Source: a virus
Lineage: Duplodnaviria; Caudoviricetes
Virus record (IMG/VR): IMGVR_UViG_3300037882_003063
Coordinates: 1 to 55,092 of that record
Reading direction: 5' to 3' (one strand)
DNA: 55,092 nucleotides
The notes beneath the pieces were generated by a model. The model had not been told where the DNA came from and searched no databases. It worked only from the letters and a program-made list of their open reading frames with translations. Positions within the stretch are counted from its first letter, which is position 1, and each line of letters begins with the position of its first letter. The position numbers were made by a program, and so were the translations under genes. This document shows, piece by piece, positions 9,521 through 18,852 of this stretch.

Positions 9521-9956
9521 ATTCAACCTTGGCGCGACTTGTTGACGGGCTTGAATCTGCTACGGCTCGAGCGGGTTTAGCGGTTAGCTGGGCGAATAGT
9601 TCACACTCCGCGTTTCGGTCAGCTACAAGTGATTTAAGCGCGAAGCTCGAGTTACCAAAAGAACCACTGCCCATGCCGTCTATTGCTGTTGTTGTTGGTG
9701 CGTTCTGCCCGTCTTTTACCATTCGTTTGTACATTTGGCACTTCATACCAGCTATGACCGCCGCTTCTTTTTTTTCCTCGAGTGTTTCAAAGTCCTTATC
9801 TGCAATCGGGTCAAGGGCGGTTACTCTTGACCCGACAATGGTATCCACAGCATCAAACCACTCTTCAAGGGCGGCATTGAATTGTAATTCCTCGAGTCCA
9901 AAATCTTCGGCTTTGAACTCCTTAATCGTTAGGTTTAGGTAGGTGGGCAAGGTCAT
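9510..9956 (-). CDS. Putative head-tail adaptor
   Basis: First neck gene; TACAAT 5 nt upstream of ATG and no SD (near-leaderless). Confidence 0.55.
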   Translation of the reverse strand: MTLPTYLNLTIKEFKAEDFGLEELQFNAALEEWFDAVDTIVGSRVTALDPIADKDFETLEEKKEAAVIAGMKCQMYKRMVKDGQNAPTTTAIDGMGSGSFGNSSFALKSLVADRNAECELFAQLTAKPARAVADSSPSTSRAKVEYGY

Positions 9957-9981
9957 GCCTAATTGTAGCGCGTTTTAAGGC

Positions 9982-10015
9982 AAAACAAAACCCGCTCGAG
10001 GGTTAAGCGGGTTTT
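9982..10015 (-). terminator. Intrinsic terminator closing island A left operon
   Basis: AAAACCCGCT / AGCGGGTTTT stem with T-rich flanks. Confidence 0.75.
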
Positions 10016-10053
10016 ATGGTCTAATTTGCGCTGTAATGGCTTTTAAGAGGCTT

Positions 10054-10161
10054 CTAAGGGACTTCTGGGAGTCTTAGCGTGGTTTCCTTCTCACTGCGCC
10101 TTATAATGGCTCTGCACACCGTAGCTACAAAATACTCCTTGCCGCCTATTACTTTTTTCAC
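10054..10161 (-). CDS. Possible 35-aa hypothetical protein
   Basis: GTGA overlap with the upstream stop; below the ORF-track cutoff. Confidence 0.3.
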   Translation of the reverse strand: MKKVIGGKEYFVATVCRAIIRRSEKETTLRLPEVP

Positions 10162-10355
10162 AGTTCACGCTCCAAGGTTACAACATGATTATTACTCATG
10201 ACTAAGGGCTTAAACTCGAGGTAGTAACCAGCTTTACCAACTAAGCGGTTTTTTTCAACCTTTGCCTCTTTGAAGTACCTACTATAAGGCGCGATACTGA
10301 GCCACGGGCTAGAGCGAAGAGCTTTTTCGATTTGTGCTGCTTGACTGGTCTTCAT
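10158..10355 (-). CDS. Hypothetical protein
   Basis: ATGA-coupled to the upstream gene. Confidence 0.6.
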   Translation of the reverse strand: MKTSQAAQIEKALRSSPWLSIAPYSRYFKEAKVEKNRLVGKAGYYLEFKPLVMSNNHVVTLEREL

Positions 10356-11080
10356 AAGCCTTCTACATCCTTCATGAACAAATTAAAAAGGTAGTCATCA
10401 AAATCGGCGCGAACAATTGACCATGAAGACATTTGTGTGCCATGCACACACACAACGGGCTTACCCTTGTGCGTAATCTCGATTTTCCCGCTATCAACTG
10501 AGTAAAAAATCTGGAAAGAGCCGACTGACGTTTTGATTGACGGGGCAGTTTCATCACTAGGTATCGGCTTGAAGTATCTTGTCAGTTCATCAGCGATGAC
10601 TCGAGACAAACAGCGAAGGGCGTGTTCTTGGACACTTAAAACTGTTGGGCTGTAGATTCTAAAGTGCCAAGCGCTCCCTTGGGGCGTTGTAAAGGTTAGG
10701 ATAACAACACCAGTACCCTGCTCTCTGCTTAAGGCTAACTGACCAACGGATTCATAGAGGGTCAGGGCGTAAAAAGCGGTTTCAGAATTGAACCATTTTT
10801 CGACCTTCTCAGCTATGAACCTATGAAGTAATTCCAAGTATCCACACTTAACAAGGGCAATTGCGCTTTCACTCAAGTCAATCACCGAGAGGGCAAGAGC
10901 TTTGCGTATTGATTGTTCGTCAAGAGTAACAACATTTTCGTTGACGAGACGACCCACAATTTGAGGGAGGTACTTCAACCCAGTGTTGAGAACGGGGCGG
11001 CTCACACCATTAGGTATGTCTAGCGGTCTGTGACCAATTAGGTCGTTGTGATTAGAGGGGTATCCGAATACTAAGCTCAT
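10352..11080 (-). CDS. Hypothetical protein
   Basis: Start reassigned to ATG at 11080 with AAGGAG RBS. Confidence 0.7.
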   Translation of the reverse strand: MSLVFGYPSNHNDLIGHRPLDIPNGVSRPVLNTGLKYLPQIVGRLVNENVVTLDEQSIRKALALSVIDLSESAIALVKCGYLELLHRFIAEKVEKWFNSETAFYALTLYESVGQLALSREQGTGVVILTFTTPQGSAWHFRIYSPTVLSVQEHALRCLSRVIADELTRYFKPIPSDETAPSIKTSVGSFQIFYSVDSGKIEITHKGKPVVCVHGTQMSSWSIVRADFDDYLFNLFMKDVEGL

Positions 11081-11110
11081 GGTAAAACTCCTTTTTGTTT
11101 CGTGACGAAA

Positions 11111-11139
11111 CCTGTGATAACCCGCACAGGCAACGGGGC
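11111..11139 (-). other. Intergenic pseudoknot-like element, copy 1
   Basis: GCCCCG-ttg-CCTGTG-CGGG-ttat-CACAGG; 11088-11137 matches 33449-33498 (inverted) at 49/50 nt. Confidence 0.6.
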
Positions 11140-11147
11140 AGATGGTT

Positions 11148-11570
11148 TTAGCGTTGTTGGTGTTCCCAAAAAAGCTCTTTATAGCGCAGTAGGTCATTCA
11201 CAAAAAGAGCTTTGAAAGTTTCGGGGTCAGTACGGGCGGCGGCAATAGAACCGAAAACTTCATGGTTGGCAATCTCGAGGGCGGTGATAATCGCACGGTA
11301 AGGCTTGGCAAACTCGATACCATCAGCCATGTCAATTTGGTCAAGGGCGAAGTTGCGTAGTGGCTCGAGCTTGGCGCTAAAGAATGTGTCGGTCAGGGCT
11401 TCACTGTCAGAGAAGTGTTGAAGCATTGTAAAGAAGCTCCAAGTCATCCAGTCGCTACGGTCAGCCAAAGTCATATTGTTATTCATGTGCTTACAAATTT
11501 GCTCGAGAACTGCCACACGGAAAGCATTGATGTTTAGGGCGGCGTTTAACACTGCTTGATTAAGTATCAT
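11148..11570 (-). CDS. Hypothetical protein
   Basis: Start at 11570 (AGGAG RBS, ATGA overlap). Confidence 0.7.
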   Translation of the reverse strand: MILNQAVLNAALNINAFRVAVLEQICKHMNNNMTLADRSDWMTWSFFTMLQHFSDSEALTDTFFSAKLEPLRNFALDQIDMADGIEFAKPYRAIITALEIANHEVFGSIAAARTDPETFKALFVNDLLRYKELFWEHQQR

Positions 11571-11968
11571 GATGGGACTCCTTGGGATTGTTTTGCGGGA
11601 GGAGGGCTTAGGTGTTGGTGATAAGCGGCTCGAGGGACTAAGATGCCTTTTTTGACAGCTTCGGCGCTCCATTCGGGCGTACCCACGACTTCCCAAATCC
11701 AAACACCAGTAGTATTGTCTTTGCCGATGCAAGTACATATTGCGCCAACACCAAGCTGCTTGGGCGAAAATTCGCTTTCTTTGTATTTGCCAGAGCTAAC
11801 GCCAAGGGTGTGAGCAGAGTTGTGGAACGTGAGCGATTCGGTGAACTTGTGGGCGCTGCTTATTTCGTAAAGTACGCCATCCTCGAGCCGACAGCTACCG
11901 AATGCACCGAATTTTGCATGACCTAATAACTGACCCTTTTTGCCTTCGCTAAAATCAAAGATTTTCAT
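11567..11968 (-). CDS. Hypothetical protein
   Basis: Start at 11968 (GGAG RBS), MKIFDFSE. Confidence 0.7.
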   Translation of the reverse strand: MKIFDFSEGKKGQLLGHAKFGAFGSCRLEDGVLYEISSAHKFTESLTFHNSAHTLGVSSGKYKESEFSPKQLGVGAICTCIGKDNTTGVWIWEVVGTPEWSAEAVKKGILVPRAAYHQHLSPPPAKQSQGVPS

Positions 11969-11977
11969 TTTTGGACT

Positions 11978-12011
11978 CCGTGCCTGTGATAACCCGCACA
12001 GGCACGGGGGC
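11978..12011 (-). other. Intergenic pseudoknot-like element, copy 2
   Basis: CCCG-tg-CCTGTG-CGGG-ttat-CACAGG immediately before the GGAG RBS. Confidence 0.6.
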
Positions 12012-12017
12012 TTAGGT

Positions 12018-12311
12018 TTAGGAAAAGATTTTCTCGAGCAGGGTATTAAGTCTGGTTTGACCCTCGGGCGTATCGCTAAAGAGTTCGTCAAGACGGGTGC
12101 AAGTGTCGGGTGAAAAGTTGTATTTGTAGGCATCGTAATATGTAATGGCTTCGCCTTCAATCGTAAACCAAACATCATCTTGTGTTGGGCTACACACTAA
12201 CCATTCGGCGGGTTTCTCGCTACCCATTTTATAGACTGATACTGCGATAGGGCAGTTAAGGTCTTTGGCGGTTTGAAGAGCTTGACGGGCGGTGTACGGG
12301 ATGTGTGTCAT
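12018..12311 (-). CDS. Hypothetical protein, first gene of cassette A left operon
   Basis: ATG at 12311 follows the AAGGAGG of the cassette arm. Confidence 0.75.
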   Translation of the reverse strand: MTHIPYTARQALQTAKDLNCPIAVSVYKMGSEKPAEWLVCSPTQDDVWFTIEGEAITYYDAYKYNFSPDTCTRLDELFSDTPEGQTRLNTLLEKIFS

Positions 12312-12313
12312 AT

Positions 12314-12602
12314 GTGCTACCTCCTTGGTAGTGAGTGCATAGTATCGTGCATTTTGGAGTTGTACTAGGGACATTTATCCCATACCTAATTTGACCTGCT
12401 TCTATGGGTTCAAAGGGTCAAGGGTAGTGCCTTTATACGCACCGTGAGCGCTTTTAAGCCTGCTTTGGGTCGTTCTGTGGCTCGAGTTACCAGAGCGCTA
12501 TATATAAGGGATTCTAGGCGATTCTAGGAGTCGGGACATTTATCACTGGTATACCTTTCTTGTGTATCGTTATGATGCACTCACTACCAAAGGAGGTAGC
12601 AC
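12314..12602. promoter_or_regulatory. Bidirectional promoter cassette A
   Basis: Inverted arms 12314-12340 and 12575-12602; leftward TAGTAC-17-TACTAT, rightward TATGAT; GGGACATTTATC boxes at 12368 and 12533. Confidence 0.85.
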
Positions 12603-12605
12603 CCC

Positions 12606-12932
12606 ATGAAACGACACGAATTTATTATCATCAACGACATTGAATGCCGCCCTGACCGTCAAGTGCAAGCGCAGTTTGCAGGAACGGACACAAAACACCT
12701 AACATCTATTGCGCTCATGAACTGCACGGATGCAGATACGCCCCAAGCAGCGATTGATGGTCTTAAAGAAGCCATGACCAAACCATTTGAATTCGCAAAC
12801 TACCAATTCGCAGAAAAGGTCATCCGCCCCCTACTCACTGACGAAACCCTAGGCTCGAGTATCCGCCACGTTTACACAATCGGGTTTTATAGCGTTTATG
12901 CAGCAGCAGCAGCAAAGAAGGTGAGCAAATGA
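12606..12932 (+). CDS. Hypothetical protein
   Basis: AGGAGG RBS supplied by the cassette arm. Confidence 0.75.
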   Translation: MKRHEFIIINDIECRPDRQVQAQFAGTDTKHLTSIALMNCTDADTPQAAIDGLKEAMTKPFEFANYQFAEKVIRPLLTDETLGSSIRHVYTIGFYSVYAAAAAKKVSK

Positions 12933-13258
12933 AGCCCGATGATATGTTTGAACTCCTAGGCGGTAAGAATTCGCTTGTGGCTATGGTAGACGCTCATATG
13001 TTTACCTGTTCCAAAAAAGACGGTTCTGTTAGTTTCCACTTCAAGGGACATAGTAAGTGTAACATTTGCACACTCACACCCGCGCCCGATGCTACTTTCA
13101 CGCTCACGCTTCACAAGTTTGTCAAGTCCACTGGTGAAATTGGTGTTTTTACAAAAACCGAGGGTGTCAAGCCCTCCCGCCTTATGTACTGCTTTGAGAT
13201 GCAAACAGGCTTAAGACTTCAAGTGCATTTTTCCTATGAGGCTTTGGTGTGGAAATGA
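12929..13258 (+). CDS. Hypothetical protein (resembles a small LGG...FE..TGL mobile-element family)
   Basis: ATGA coupling; family resemblance is from memory only. Confidence 0.7.
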   Translation: MKPDDMFELLGGKNSLVAMVDAHMFTCSKKDGSVSFHFKGHSKCNICTLTPAPDATFTLTLHKFVKSTGEIGVFTKTEGVKPSRLMYCFEMQTGLRLQVHFSYEALVWK

Positions 13259-13485
13259 TAACTTTAGAATTTTCGGTTGGATCAAGAACCGCCCTCGAGA
13301 AGTACATTCAAAAGAAGCTGCGTATCCAAGCCCAAGGCGCTATCAAGGATGTTACCGAATGGGAGGACATCCGCTCTGATGGGATTGAAGCTCTTGGGTA
13401 CATTCTGCGTGAAAATCCAGTCTTGGGTTATCACGACCAAGCCCAAGCCCAAGCCATTAGCGACAAGCAAAAGGGTCGTGTATGA
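13255..13485 (+). CDS. Hypothetical protein
   Basis: ATGA coupling at both ends. Confidence 0.6.
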   Translation: MITLEFSVGSRTALEKYIQKKLRIQAQGAIKDVTEWEDIRSDGIEALGYILRENPVLGYHDQAQAQAISDKQKGRV

Positions 13486-13655
13486 CAAAAGAATTTTATG
13501 AAGTCATAGAAATGTTTGAAAAGCATTTCACGGGTCGAAGGCTTGACAAGGAGGATAAAGCCCGTTGGAAAGAGGGAATTGTTTACCAGCATGGCGAACT
13601 GAACGAACTTTTTAAGGCGTTCCGTTTAGGCTATTACTTTGGCAAATCGGTTTAA
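13482..13655 (+). CDS. 57-aa hypothetical protein (not in track)
   Basis: MTKEFYEVIEMFEKHF...FKAFRLGYYFGKSV; ATGA-coupled. Confidence 0.7.
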   Translation: MTKEFYEVIEMFEKHFTGRRLDKEDKARWKEGIVYQHGELNELFKAFRLGYYFGKSV

Positions 13656-13661
13656 GGTCTT

Positions 13662-13689
13662 GCCCGTCCTCGAGCGGGTCATCTCGAGG
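13662..13689 (+). other. Intergenic pseudoknot-like element, copy 3 (covariant stem)
   Basis: GCCCG-t-CCTCGAG-CGGGT-cat-CTCGAGG then AAGGAG RBS. Confidence 0.6.
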
Positions 13690-13699
13690 AAGGAGTTTT

Positions 13700-14041
13700 A
13701 TGTTTATCGAGTGCATGGACGGGATTTTTTGGAATGTTACTCAAGCCCAGTCAATTTCATATTACCCTACTAATGAATTTATAAAAGTACCAGCAGAACA
13801 GGAGCGCGACAAAGATGCCCCTGACGGCTACAAAGCACCCGAGGGATGGGAGTACGAACCTGACGAGCATATGTTTTATCGCCCATTTGAGTACACCATT
13901 AAACTCACTTTTCCAGATGACAGCGTAGTTAGGTTGAGAAAATACAAAACCGAAGCCGAAGCCCGTTCTTTTTGCCGTGACCTTGCGGCACTGCTATCTA
14001 GCAAGCCGCCCTTAATCCTTAACTCGCAGAAACGCTTTTAA
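13700..14041 (+). CDS. Hypothetical protein
   Basis: AAGGAG RBS; followed by a terminator. Confidence 0.75.
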   Translation: MFIECMDGIFWNVTQAQSISYYPTNEFIKVPAEQERDKDAPDGYKAPEGWEYEPDEHMFYRPFEYTIKLTFPDDSVVRLRKYKTEAEARSFCRDLAALLSSKPPLILNSQKRF

Positions 14042-14065
14042 GGCTATTCAAACCACAAGGTAAGG

Positions 14066-14099
14066 AAAGACCCTAGGGAATCACTCCTAGGGTCTTTTT
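14066..14099. terminator. Terminator between convergent genes
   Basis: AAAGACCCTAGG / CCTAGGGTCTTT stem plus T run. Confidence 0.8.
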
Positions 14100-14114
14100 G
14101 ATGCCTTCTAGCGC

Positions 14115-14618
14115 TCAGGCGGGTATCCTTGACTGCTCGAGTTTGTCCATTTCTGCTTGGTGCAATTCTTTAAGCTGACCCATTGAAAGCTCAGCGTCAA
14201 AGGGTACACCCATATCAGTGAGGGCATTGATATACCACTGCTTGCTCGAGCGGCTTACTTTCGCTTTGTCTTGCACTTGCTTTTCTTCTTCTTGGGCTTC
14301 ATTCAAATCCTCCCATAGCGCTATGAGTTGCTTAAGAGTGTAATCGCTTGGGTCGTCTTTTTCGTCGAAGACACCGCCTTCTTGAAGGGCTTTGACATAA
14401 TCTTCAAACGTAACAGGTGAGCTAGAATTCACAACTTCGGATTCTTGCTTTTGTTTGAAGTCACTAGGCTTAGACGGGGTTTGCCCCATAGTTTCGTCGG
14501 CTTCCTCCTGCGATTCGTAAGGCACAAAGCCTTCACCCGCTAACCAACGACCAGAAGCCCCGAATTGGTCTAAAAAGTTTCCTTGGGGAGTACCGCTCAC
14601 TTGATAACCTGCTTTCAT
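14115..14618 (-). CDS. Acidic head-associated protein with HeH/LEM-like C-terminal motif
   Basis: GAGGTG RBS; directly after the major capsid gene; C-terminal LTDMGVPFDAELSMGQLKEL. Confidence 0.55.
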   Translation of the reverse strand: MKAGYQVSGTPQGNFLDQFGASGRWLAGEGFVPYESQEEADETMGQTPSKPSDFKQKQESEVVNSSSPVTFEDYVKALQEGGVFDEKDDPSDYTLKQLIALWEDLNEAQEEEKQVQDKAKVSRSSKQWYINALTDMGVPFDAELSMGQLKELHQAEMDKLEQSRIPA

Positions 14619-14643
14619 ATTGTTCACCTCGAGCCATACAATA

Positions 14644-14674
14644 GCAAAACCCCGTGCAGTTTGCACGGGGTTGC
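14644..14674 (-). terminator. Terminator after the major capsid gene
   Basis: AACCCCGTGCA / TGCACGGGGTT stem; adjacent to a 15-bp palindrome copy. Confidence 0.7.
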
Positions 14675-14689
14675 TGTTTCGTCACGAAA

Positions 14690-15823
14690 TTAAGGTGTTT
14701 GGTATGGGATGTTAAACACAAAAACGTTTTCTGGGTTAAGGATGACTGGCAAGGTTGTAGCCCAACCAGAAAGCTCGACCCGTGGCGGTTTGGTTTGAAA
14801 GGATTCTGCAAGCGTAACGATTTTACTTGTGCTTGCACCAGCAGGGCGACCAATGGCGGTATACCCAAGGGTGTCGTCTGGAGTGACAAAATCTTCGCCA
14901 TCGCCCAAGTCAATTCGTTCACTTCGCCCTGTCTCGCAAACAATCACGAAAGCAGTGTCACGCATAAAGCGTTTAGTGCCAACGTCTTGACGGTAGGTGA
15001 GGTTGTACTCGATGATTGGGGGCAAGCCTTCCTGAGTCATGATGTTATTCAATCGGGCGGCGCTTAGGTTCGCTTGGCTTTGAACCAACGTACCAGCGTT
15101 CACAAGAGAAATGTTGTTGACTCGAGCCTGAACCTTTGGGTGCTTTCGCAAAATTGACGTAATGCGGTTACTCGTGAAGATTCGACTTGGAATTAAGCCC
15201 TTGTCTCGCAAGAAGTCAACCGCATCAAAAATGTCTTGCAATGGGTCGAGGGTCGGGTCAAACCAACCATCAGGGACAGCAACACTACCCGATGGAATGG
15301 TGACACGATGCCCTGACGGATTCGAGTAAACAACAGTATCAAGAATACCCATGTCGGTTGTACGGGTGACTTGGGCATCACATATAGCTTCCCAACGCAT
15401 ACGCTCCATTTTTTCACGGAGGGCAAGGTTTACGGTGACATTAAAGAATGAGGCTAAGTTCACTCGAGCCAAATCTGGTAAATCTTGGTCAAGAGTCTCG
15501 AGCAAGGCATCATAATTTTCTGCTGACATTTCAGAGCCAACATCAATATGCCCAAGCTCGACCAACATTGAACCCGTGCGAATGCCTTCTTTTAACTGCA
15601 CAGGGCTGTAACGAGTACCATCATTTGCAATGATGGTGAGGTATTGCACACCATTTTCACGGTAGATGTTACCCTGCTTTGCCGTGGTGGGTTTTTCTGG
15701 CAGGATGGTAGCCCCAAGGTATTGACGGTTTGCATCACCGAATTGAACCCTTGGGCTGTTGGCAAGGTCAACGAAAGTACCATCATTCACTAACTCATCA
15801 ACTAACTGAGCGATATTCAGCAT
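14690..15823 (-). CDS. Major capsid protein (lambda E-like)
   Basis: 377 aa after scaffold and decoration genes; ERMRWEAI, DPLQDI and LPVILNPENV motifs. Confidence 0.88.
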   Translation of the reverse strand: MLNIAQLVDELVNDGTFVDLANSPRVQFGDANRQYLGATILPEKPTTAKQGNIYRENGVQYLTIIANDGTRYSPVQLKEGIRTGSMLVELGHIDVGSEMSAENYDALLETLDQDLPDLARVNLASFFNVTVNLALREKMERMRWEAICDAQVTRTTDMGILDTVVYSNPSGHRVTIPSGSVAVPDGWFDPTLDPLQDIFDAVDFLRDKGLIPSRIFTSNRITSILRKHPKVQARVNNISLVNAGTLVQSQANLSAARLNNIMTQEGLPPIIEYNLTYRQDVGTKRFMRDTAFVIVCETGRSERIDLGDGEDFVTPDDTLGYTAIGRPAGASTSKIVTLAESFQTKPPRVELSGWATTLPVILNPENVFVFNIPYQTP

Positions 15824-16242
15824 TACGCTACACCTCCCTGAGCGCCCGTCTGCAAGATGTATTTACTGCTTAATGCGGTACGGGCTGCACCAGTATAAGC
15901 AATTGGTAAGTAGGCTTCACGAATGGTGGTGTTAGGGCGAACAAAAGTAGCTTCATTGTTTTTGTTCACAATGTCGAGAACGTCAAATGCAAGCAAGTAT
16001 GTTTCTGCCATGCCTGCCGCATTGCCAGTGGTCACAGGAACAAACTTGGCTCGAGCGGTACGGTCTGCATCAGTACGCCCCCAAAGTGTTCCAGCCTGAG
16101 CGTTCTTACGCCCGTTCGTACCAGCAACCAATGTGGTTGCATCCAAGGCAGCACCAGCAGGAATCAATCTTTCGGTTGAAAGATAATCCGCCGCCCATCT
16201 TGGTTGTGACCGTGCGCCTGTTTCGTCAATTACTTTAGCCAT
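15823..16242 (-). CDS. Head decoration protein
   Basis: 139 aa, Ala/Thr-rich, immediately upstream of the capsid gene; AGTLWGR motif. Confidence 0.7.
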   Translation of the reverse strand: MAKVIDETGARSQPRWAADYLSTERLIPAGAALDATTLVAGTNGRKNAQAGTLWGRTDADRTARAKFVPVTTGNAAGMAETYLLAFDVLDIVNKNNEATFVRPNTTIREAYLPIAYTGAARTALSSKYILQTGAQGGVA

Positions 16243-16255
16243 GATTCAACCCTCC

Positions 16256-17041
16256 TTATGTGGGTTTTTTGGGTTTGAAACCACTCAGCACCTTCGAGCT
16301 AACACTGCCCTTAGTGCTTTCGTGTGGAGTCCTGTCACTACTTTTTTGTGGTAGCACAGGGGGTTTCTTGCCGTTTTCTTTAGGCTCGACTGACAATGCG
16401 GGTAAGAGCAGCTTTAGAAAGCTGTGTGATTCAAAGTATTCGCTTAACGCCGTGCGTTTAGCGGCTTTGCCCTCACCTTCAACAACAAAAGCGGTTTCGG
16501 TGTGAACCGTTACCTTTTCGCCCTTGCTATTCGTTTGCACTGTTGGGACTGGTACGACTTCAAGATTAAGCGCGTACTGCAACGCTATTTCATTGAGTGT
16601 CTTACCATTCCAGCCCATTAAGTCAGCAACTTTTGTGTTCAGAGCCTCGAGTTCAATGCCCTTGACTTTCCCTCGTAACTCATCACGTTCAGCTATGGCA
16701 GCCTGAACCTCCGACAATTTACCAACTGCTTGATAAGCAGCTAACTGCTTTTGGGCTTCGTTAAGACCTTGTAACTGCGAACGATAATTTTTGTTATCAG
16801 TCTCGAGCCTAACGACCTTATCACTGAGGGCTTTCGTTGTCATGCTCTCGAGTTCGGTCATTCTTTCCGACTGGTAAGCAGCATCGGTCTTGCCATCATC
16901 TTTTTCAGGGGGCTTACTAGGCGGCTCTTTTGTTTCAGTAGCGGGTACAAAGTCGTCACCTGTATCAAAGAAGATGTTTTGCCCGAATGGATTGTACTGC
17001 GTCAGTAAATCCGCGCCAAAAACGTTCGTGTAGTCTTTCAT
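16256..17041 (-). CDS. Capsid scaffolding protein
   Basis: Coiled-coil, charged; between portal and decoration genes. Confidence 0.7.
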   Translation of the reverse strand: MKDYTNVFGADLLTQYNPFGQNIFFDTGDDFVPATETKEPPSKPPEKDDGKTDAAYQSERMTELESMTTKALSDKVVRLETDNKNYRSQLQGLNEAQKQLAAYQAVGKLSEVQAAIAERDELRGKVKGIELEALNTKVADLMGWNGKTLNEIALQYALNLEVVPVPTVQTNSKGEKVTVHTETAFVVEGEGKAAKRTALSEYFESHSFLKLLLPALSVEPKENGKKPPVLPQKSSDRTPHESTKGSVSSKVLSGFKPKKPT

Positions 17042-17101
17042 GATAGCCCCTTATGCTTTGGCTTGCCGTGCAAACCAGAGTTTCCGCCGTGCGGTGTCAT
17101 G

Positions 17102-17130
17102 ATTATGCACGGTTGGGCTTAATTGTGCAA
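17102..17130 (-). promoter_or_regulatory. Promoter of the head operon
   Basis: TTGCAC-17-CATAAT; shares CCGTGCATAAT with the promoter near 35970. Confidence 0.55.
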
Positions 17131-17133
17131 GCT

Positions 17134-18744
17134 CTAAGCCTTCGGTTTAGGTTCTGGCTTCTTGTTTGTTGGGGCGGCAGGGTCTTCAATTGGTGCTTGT
17201 TGCGCCAAGCTGATAGCTTTCTCTTCATTGATTTTTGCTTGCTCAGCGTCAACATCCACAATGCGCCCTGACCGTGCCATGAGGGTATTGGTTGACATTG
17301 CACCTTCTTGCTTAAGCGAAATATCCGCTTGAATATCTTCGGGCGTTGGTTCTGTGGTATTGACAATGCACTCACAGGTAATTCTAAGGTCGTTGAATAA
17401 ATCGGGTTCGTTGTTGTTATAAGCAGCTAAGCGCAAAACAACCTTTAACATCCAACGTACAAGCCCCTCAGTCTCTTCTTTGAGGTCGGCTGTGTCCATC
17501 GTAAAGTCAAGCATGGCGGTTTGTCTCGAGACACCTGACGGGGTAGCGTTACCTTGAATCAAGACGTGCATTTGCGAAACCTCTTCGTAAACCAACATAC
17601 GACCCGCATCAATTGGATTTATGAACGCTCCTGAATCAGATGCTTCTTTGTACACCACGTTTGGGTTAGCGTATGTCTTGCCGCCCTCCGAATCGGTTTG
17701 CTCGAGTCCGACAAGATGGGTTATGGTTTTTGCTCCTAGCTTATAAGGCTCTTCAATGTACGAACGTAAACCCGTTTGCGGGTCACGTTCAAAACGCCCG
17801 TTCTTCATGGCGTTTATGAATGTTCGTTCAATGAAACCAGCAGAGCTAACATTATGATTCATCATACTAGCCGCGTGGGTCACAAGGTTCTGAGCGCTCA
17901 GGGCGGCGGGTGAAACTATGGGTTCAATCTTTAATTCGTACATCATCAACTCACCGTCAATCGGGTAAGCAACGCCCCTTTGAGAATCGGTGTTTAAGCG
18001 TTCAACATCATAGATGTGTGTTCGCCCGTCTTGCTCGAGCCTAGATATTTCATGGCGCTTTGTGTCATCTTCGTCGCTGTAATGGCGATACGAAAAAAGA
18101 GGGACTTCGTTTTTTGAGAAGTAAACACCAGCTTCGCGCCCGTCAACACGAAGAGGCATGACGGCTTTGCCGAAATCTTCTAAGGTTGTGCCTATTAGAA
18201 CTGAATCGCCCTTCTTGTCGAGTGTTGTTTTTTCCTCTGGTATTATCAAGGCAACCACGCCACGACCATAAGCACAAGCGTCTCGAGCGGCTTCTCTAAT
18301 TGCCCTCATGGGTTTATTGTTTTCCCAAAATGCCATGAGTACACGGTTAGCCAAATCAATTAGGTTTTGTTCCTCTTCGCTTGGGCGCTCTGGTTTTTCT
18401 ACGTCAAAACCCGTGAGTGGGTCTTTCTCTGAGACGGTCTTGAGTGTCCTCTTAAGCGTCACGCTCCAATTTGGGGTCACGCCCGTCACCGCTAAGGCTT
18501 TTCGTTTAACGACTTGCTTGATTAGGTTTACAGTGACTTGCTTACTTTCGACTAAGCCCAAAATCTCTTGCACGTCAGGGTCGCTTAAATCACTTGGCAT
18601 TGCGCCAATCCAAAGTTTGCCCCTTTGGAATAAATCATTTTCTTCAATGATTTTTCTGATTGTTTCCCTGAACCTGTAATTTGCATCACGGGGCTTACGG
18701 GTTTTGTTCAGGAGCTTATCAAGGTCTGCCTTAGTAAGTTTCAT
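17134..18744 (-). CDS. Portal protein (leaderless start)
   Basis: NLIKQVVKRK, AARDACAYGRG and SGVSR motifs typical of SPP1-type portals; TACAAT 6 nt before ATG at 18744. Confidence 0.85.
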   Translation of the reverse strand: MKLTKADLDKLLNKTRKPRDANYRFRETIRKIIEENDLFQRGKLWIGAMPSDLSDPDVQEILGLVESKQVTVNLIKQVVKRKALAVTGVTPNWSVTLKRTLKTVSEKDPLTGFDVEKPERPSEEEQNLIDLANRVLMAFWENNKPMRAIREAARDACAYGRGVVALIIPEEKTTLDKKGDSVLIGTTLEDFGKAVMPLRVDGREAGVYFSKNEVPLFSYRHYSDEDDTKRHEISRLEQDGRTHIYDVERLNTDSQRGVAYPIDGELMMYELKIEPIVSPAALSAQNLVTHAASMMNHNVSSAGFIERTFINAMKNGRFERDPQTGLRSYIEEPYKLGAKTITHLVGLEQTDSEGGKTYANPNVVYKEASDSGAFINPIDAGRMLVYEEVSQMHVLIQGNATPSGVSRQTAMLDFTMDTADLKEETEGLVRWMLKVVLRLAAYNNNEPDLFNDLRITCECIVNTTEPTPEDIQADISLKQEGAMSTNTLMARSGRIVDVDAEQAKINEEKAISLAQQAPIEDPAAPTNKKPEPKPKA

Positions 18745-18774
18745 ATGATGATTGTACTTGTTTCGTGACGAAAT

Positions 18775-18828
18775 AAAAATACCCGTCAATTAAGACGGGC
18801 TGTTGAAGTGAGCTACACCTCGAAACGA
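18775..18828 (-). ncRNA. Candidate ~55-nt small RNA
   Basis: TTGTGT-17-TACAAT with extended TG (18861-18833); GAGGTG/CACTTC hairpin; terminator GCCCGTC/GACGGGT + ATTTTT; no ORF. Confidence 0.4.
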
Positions 18829-18852
18829 GTGCATTGTAACAAGTAGACGCTT

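Noticed and set aside
459-9942. Plus-strand ORFs over structural genes (e.g. 484..837, 5702..6223, 9529..9942) and similar ORFs elsewhere
   Set aside because: Antisense shadows of well-supported minus-strand genes, without RBS or motifs.
12312-12374. Shared N-terminal peptide ALTTKEVAHM in 12018..12374 and 31900..32643
   Set aside because: It is translated cassette DNA; the true starts are the ATGs after the AAGGAGG RBS.
12314-12602. Cassettes as IS/MITE or invertase-controlled switch
   Set aside because: No transposase or invertase, no target-site duplication, and all three cores have the same orientation; the arms are explained as leader plus RBS.
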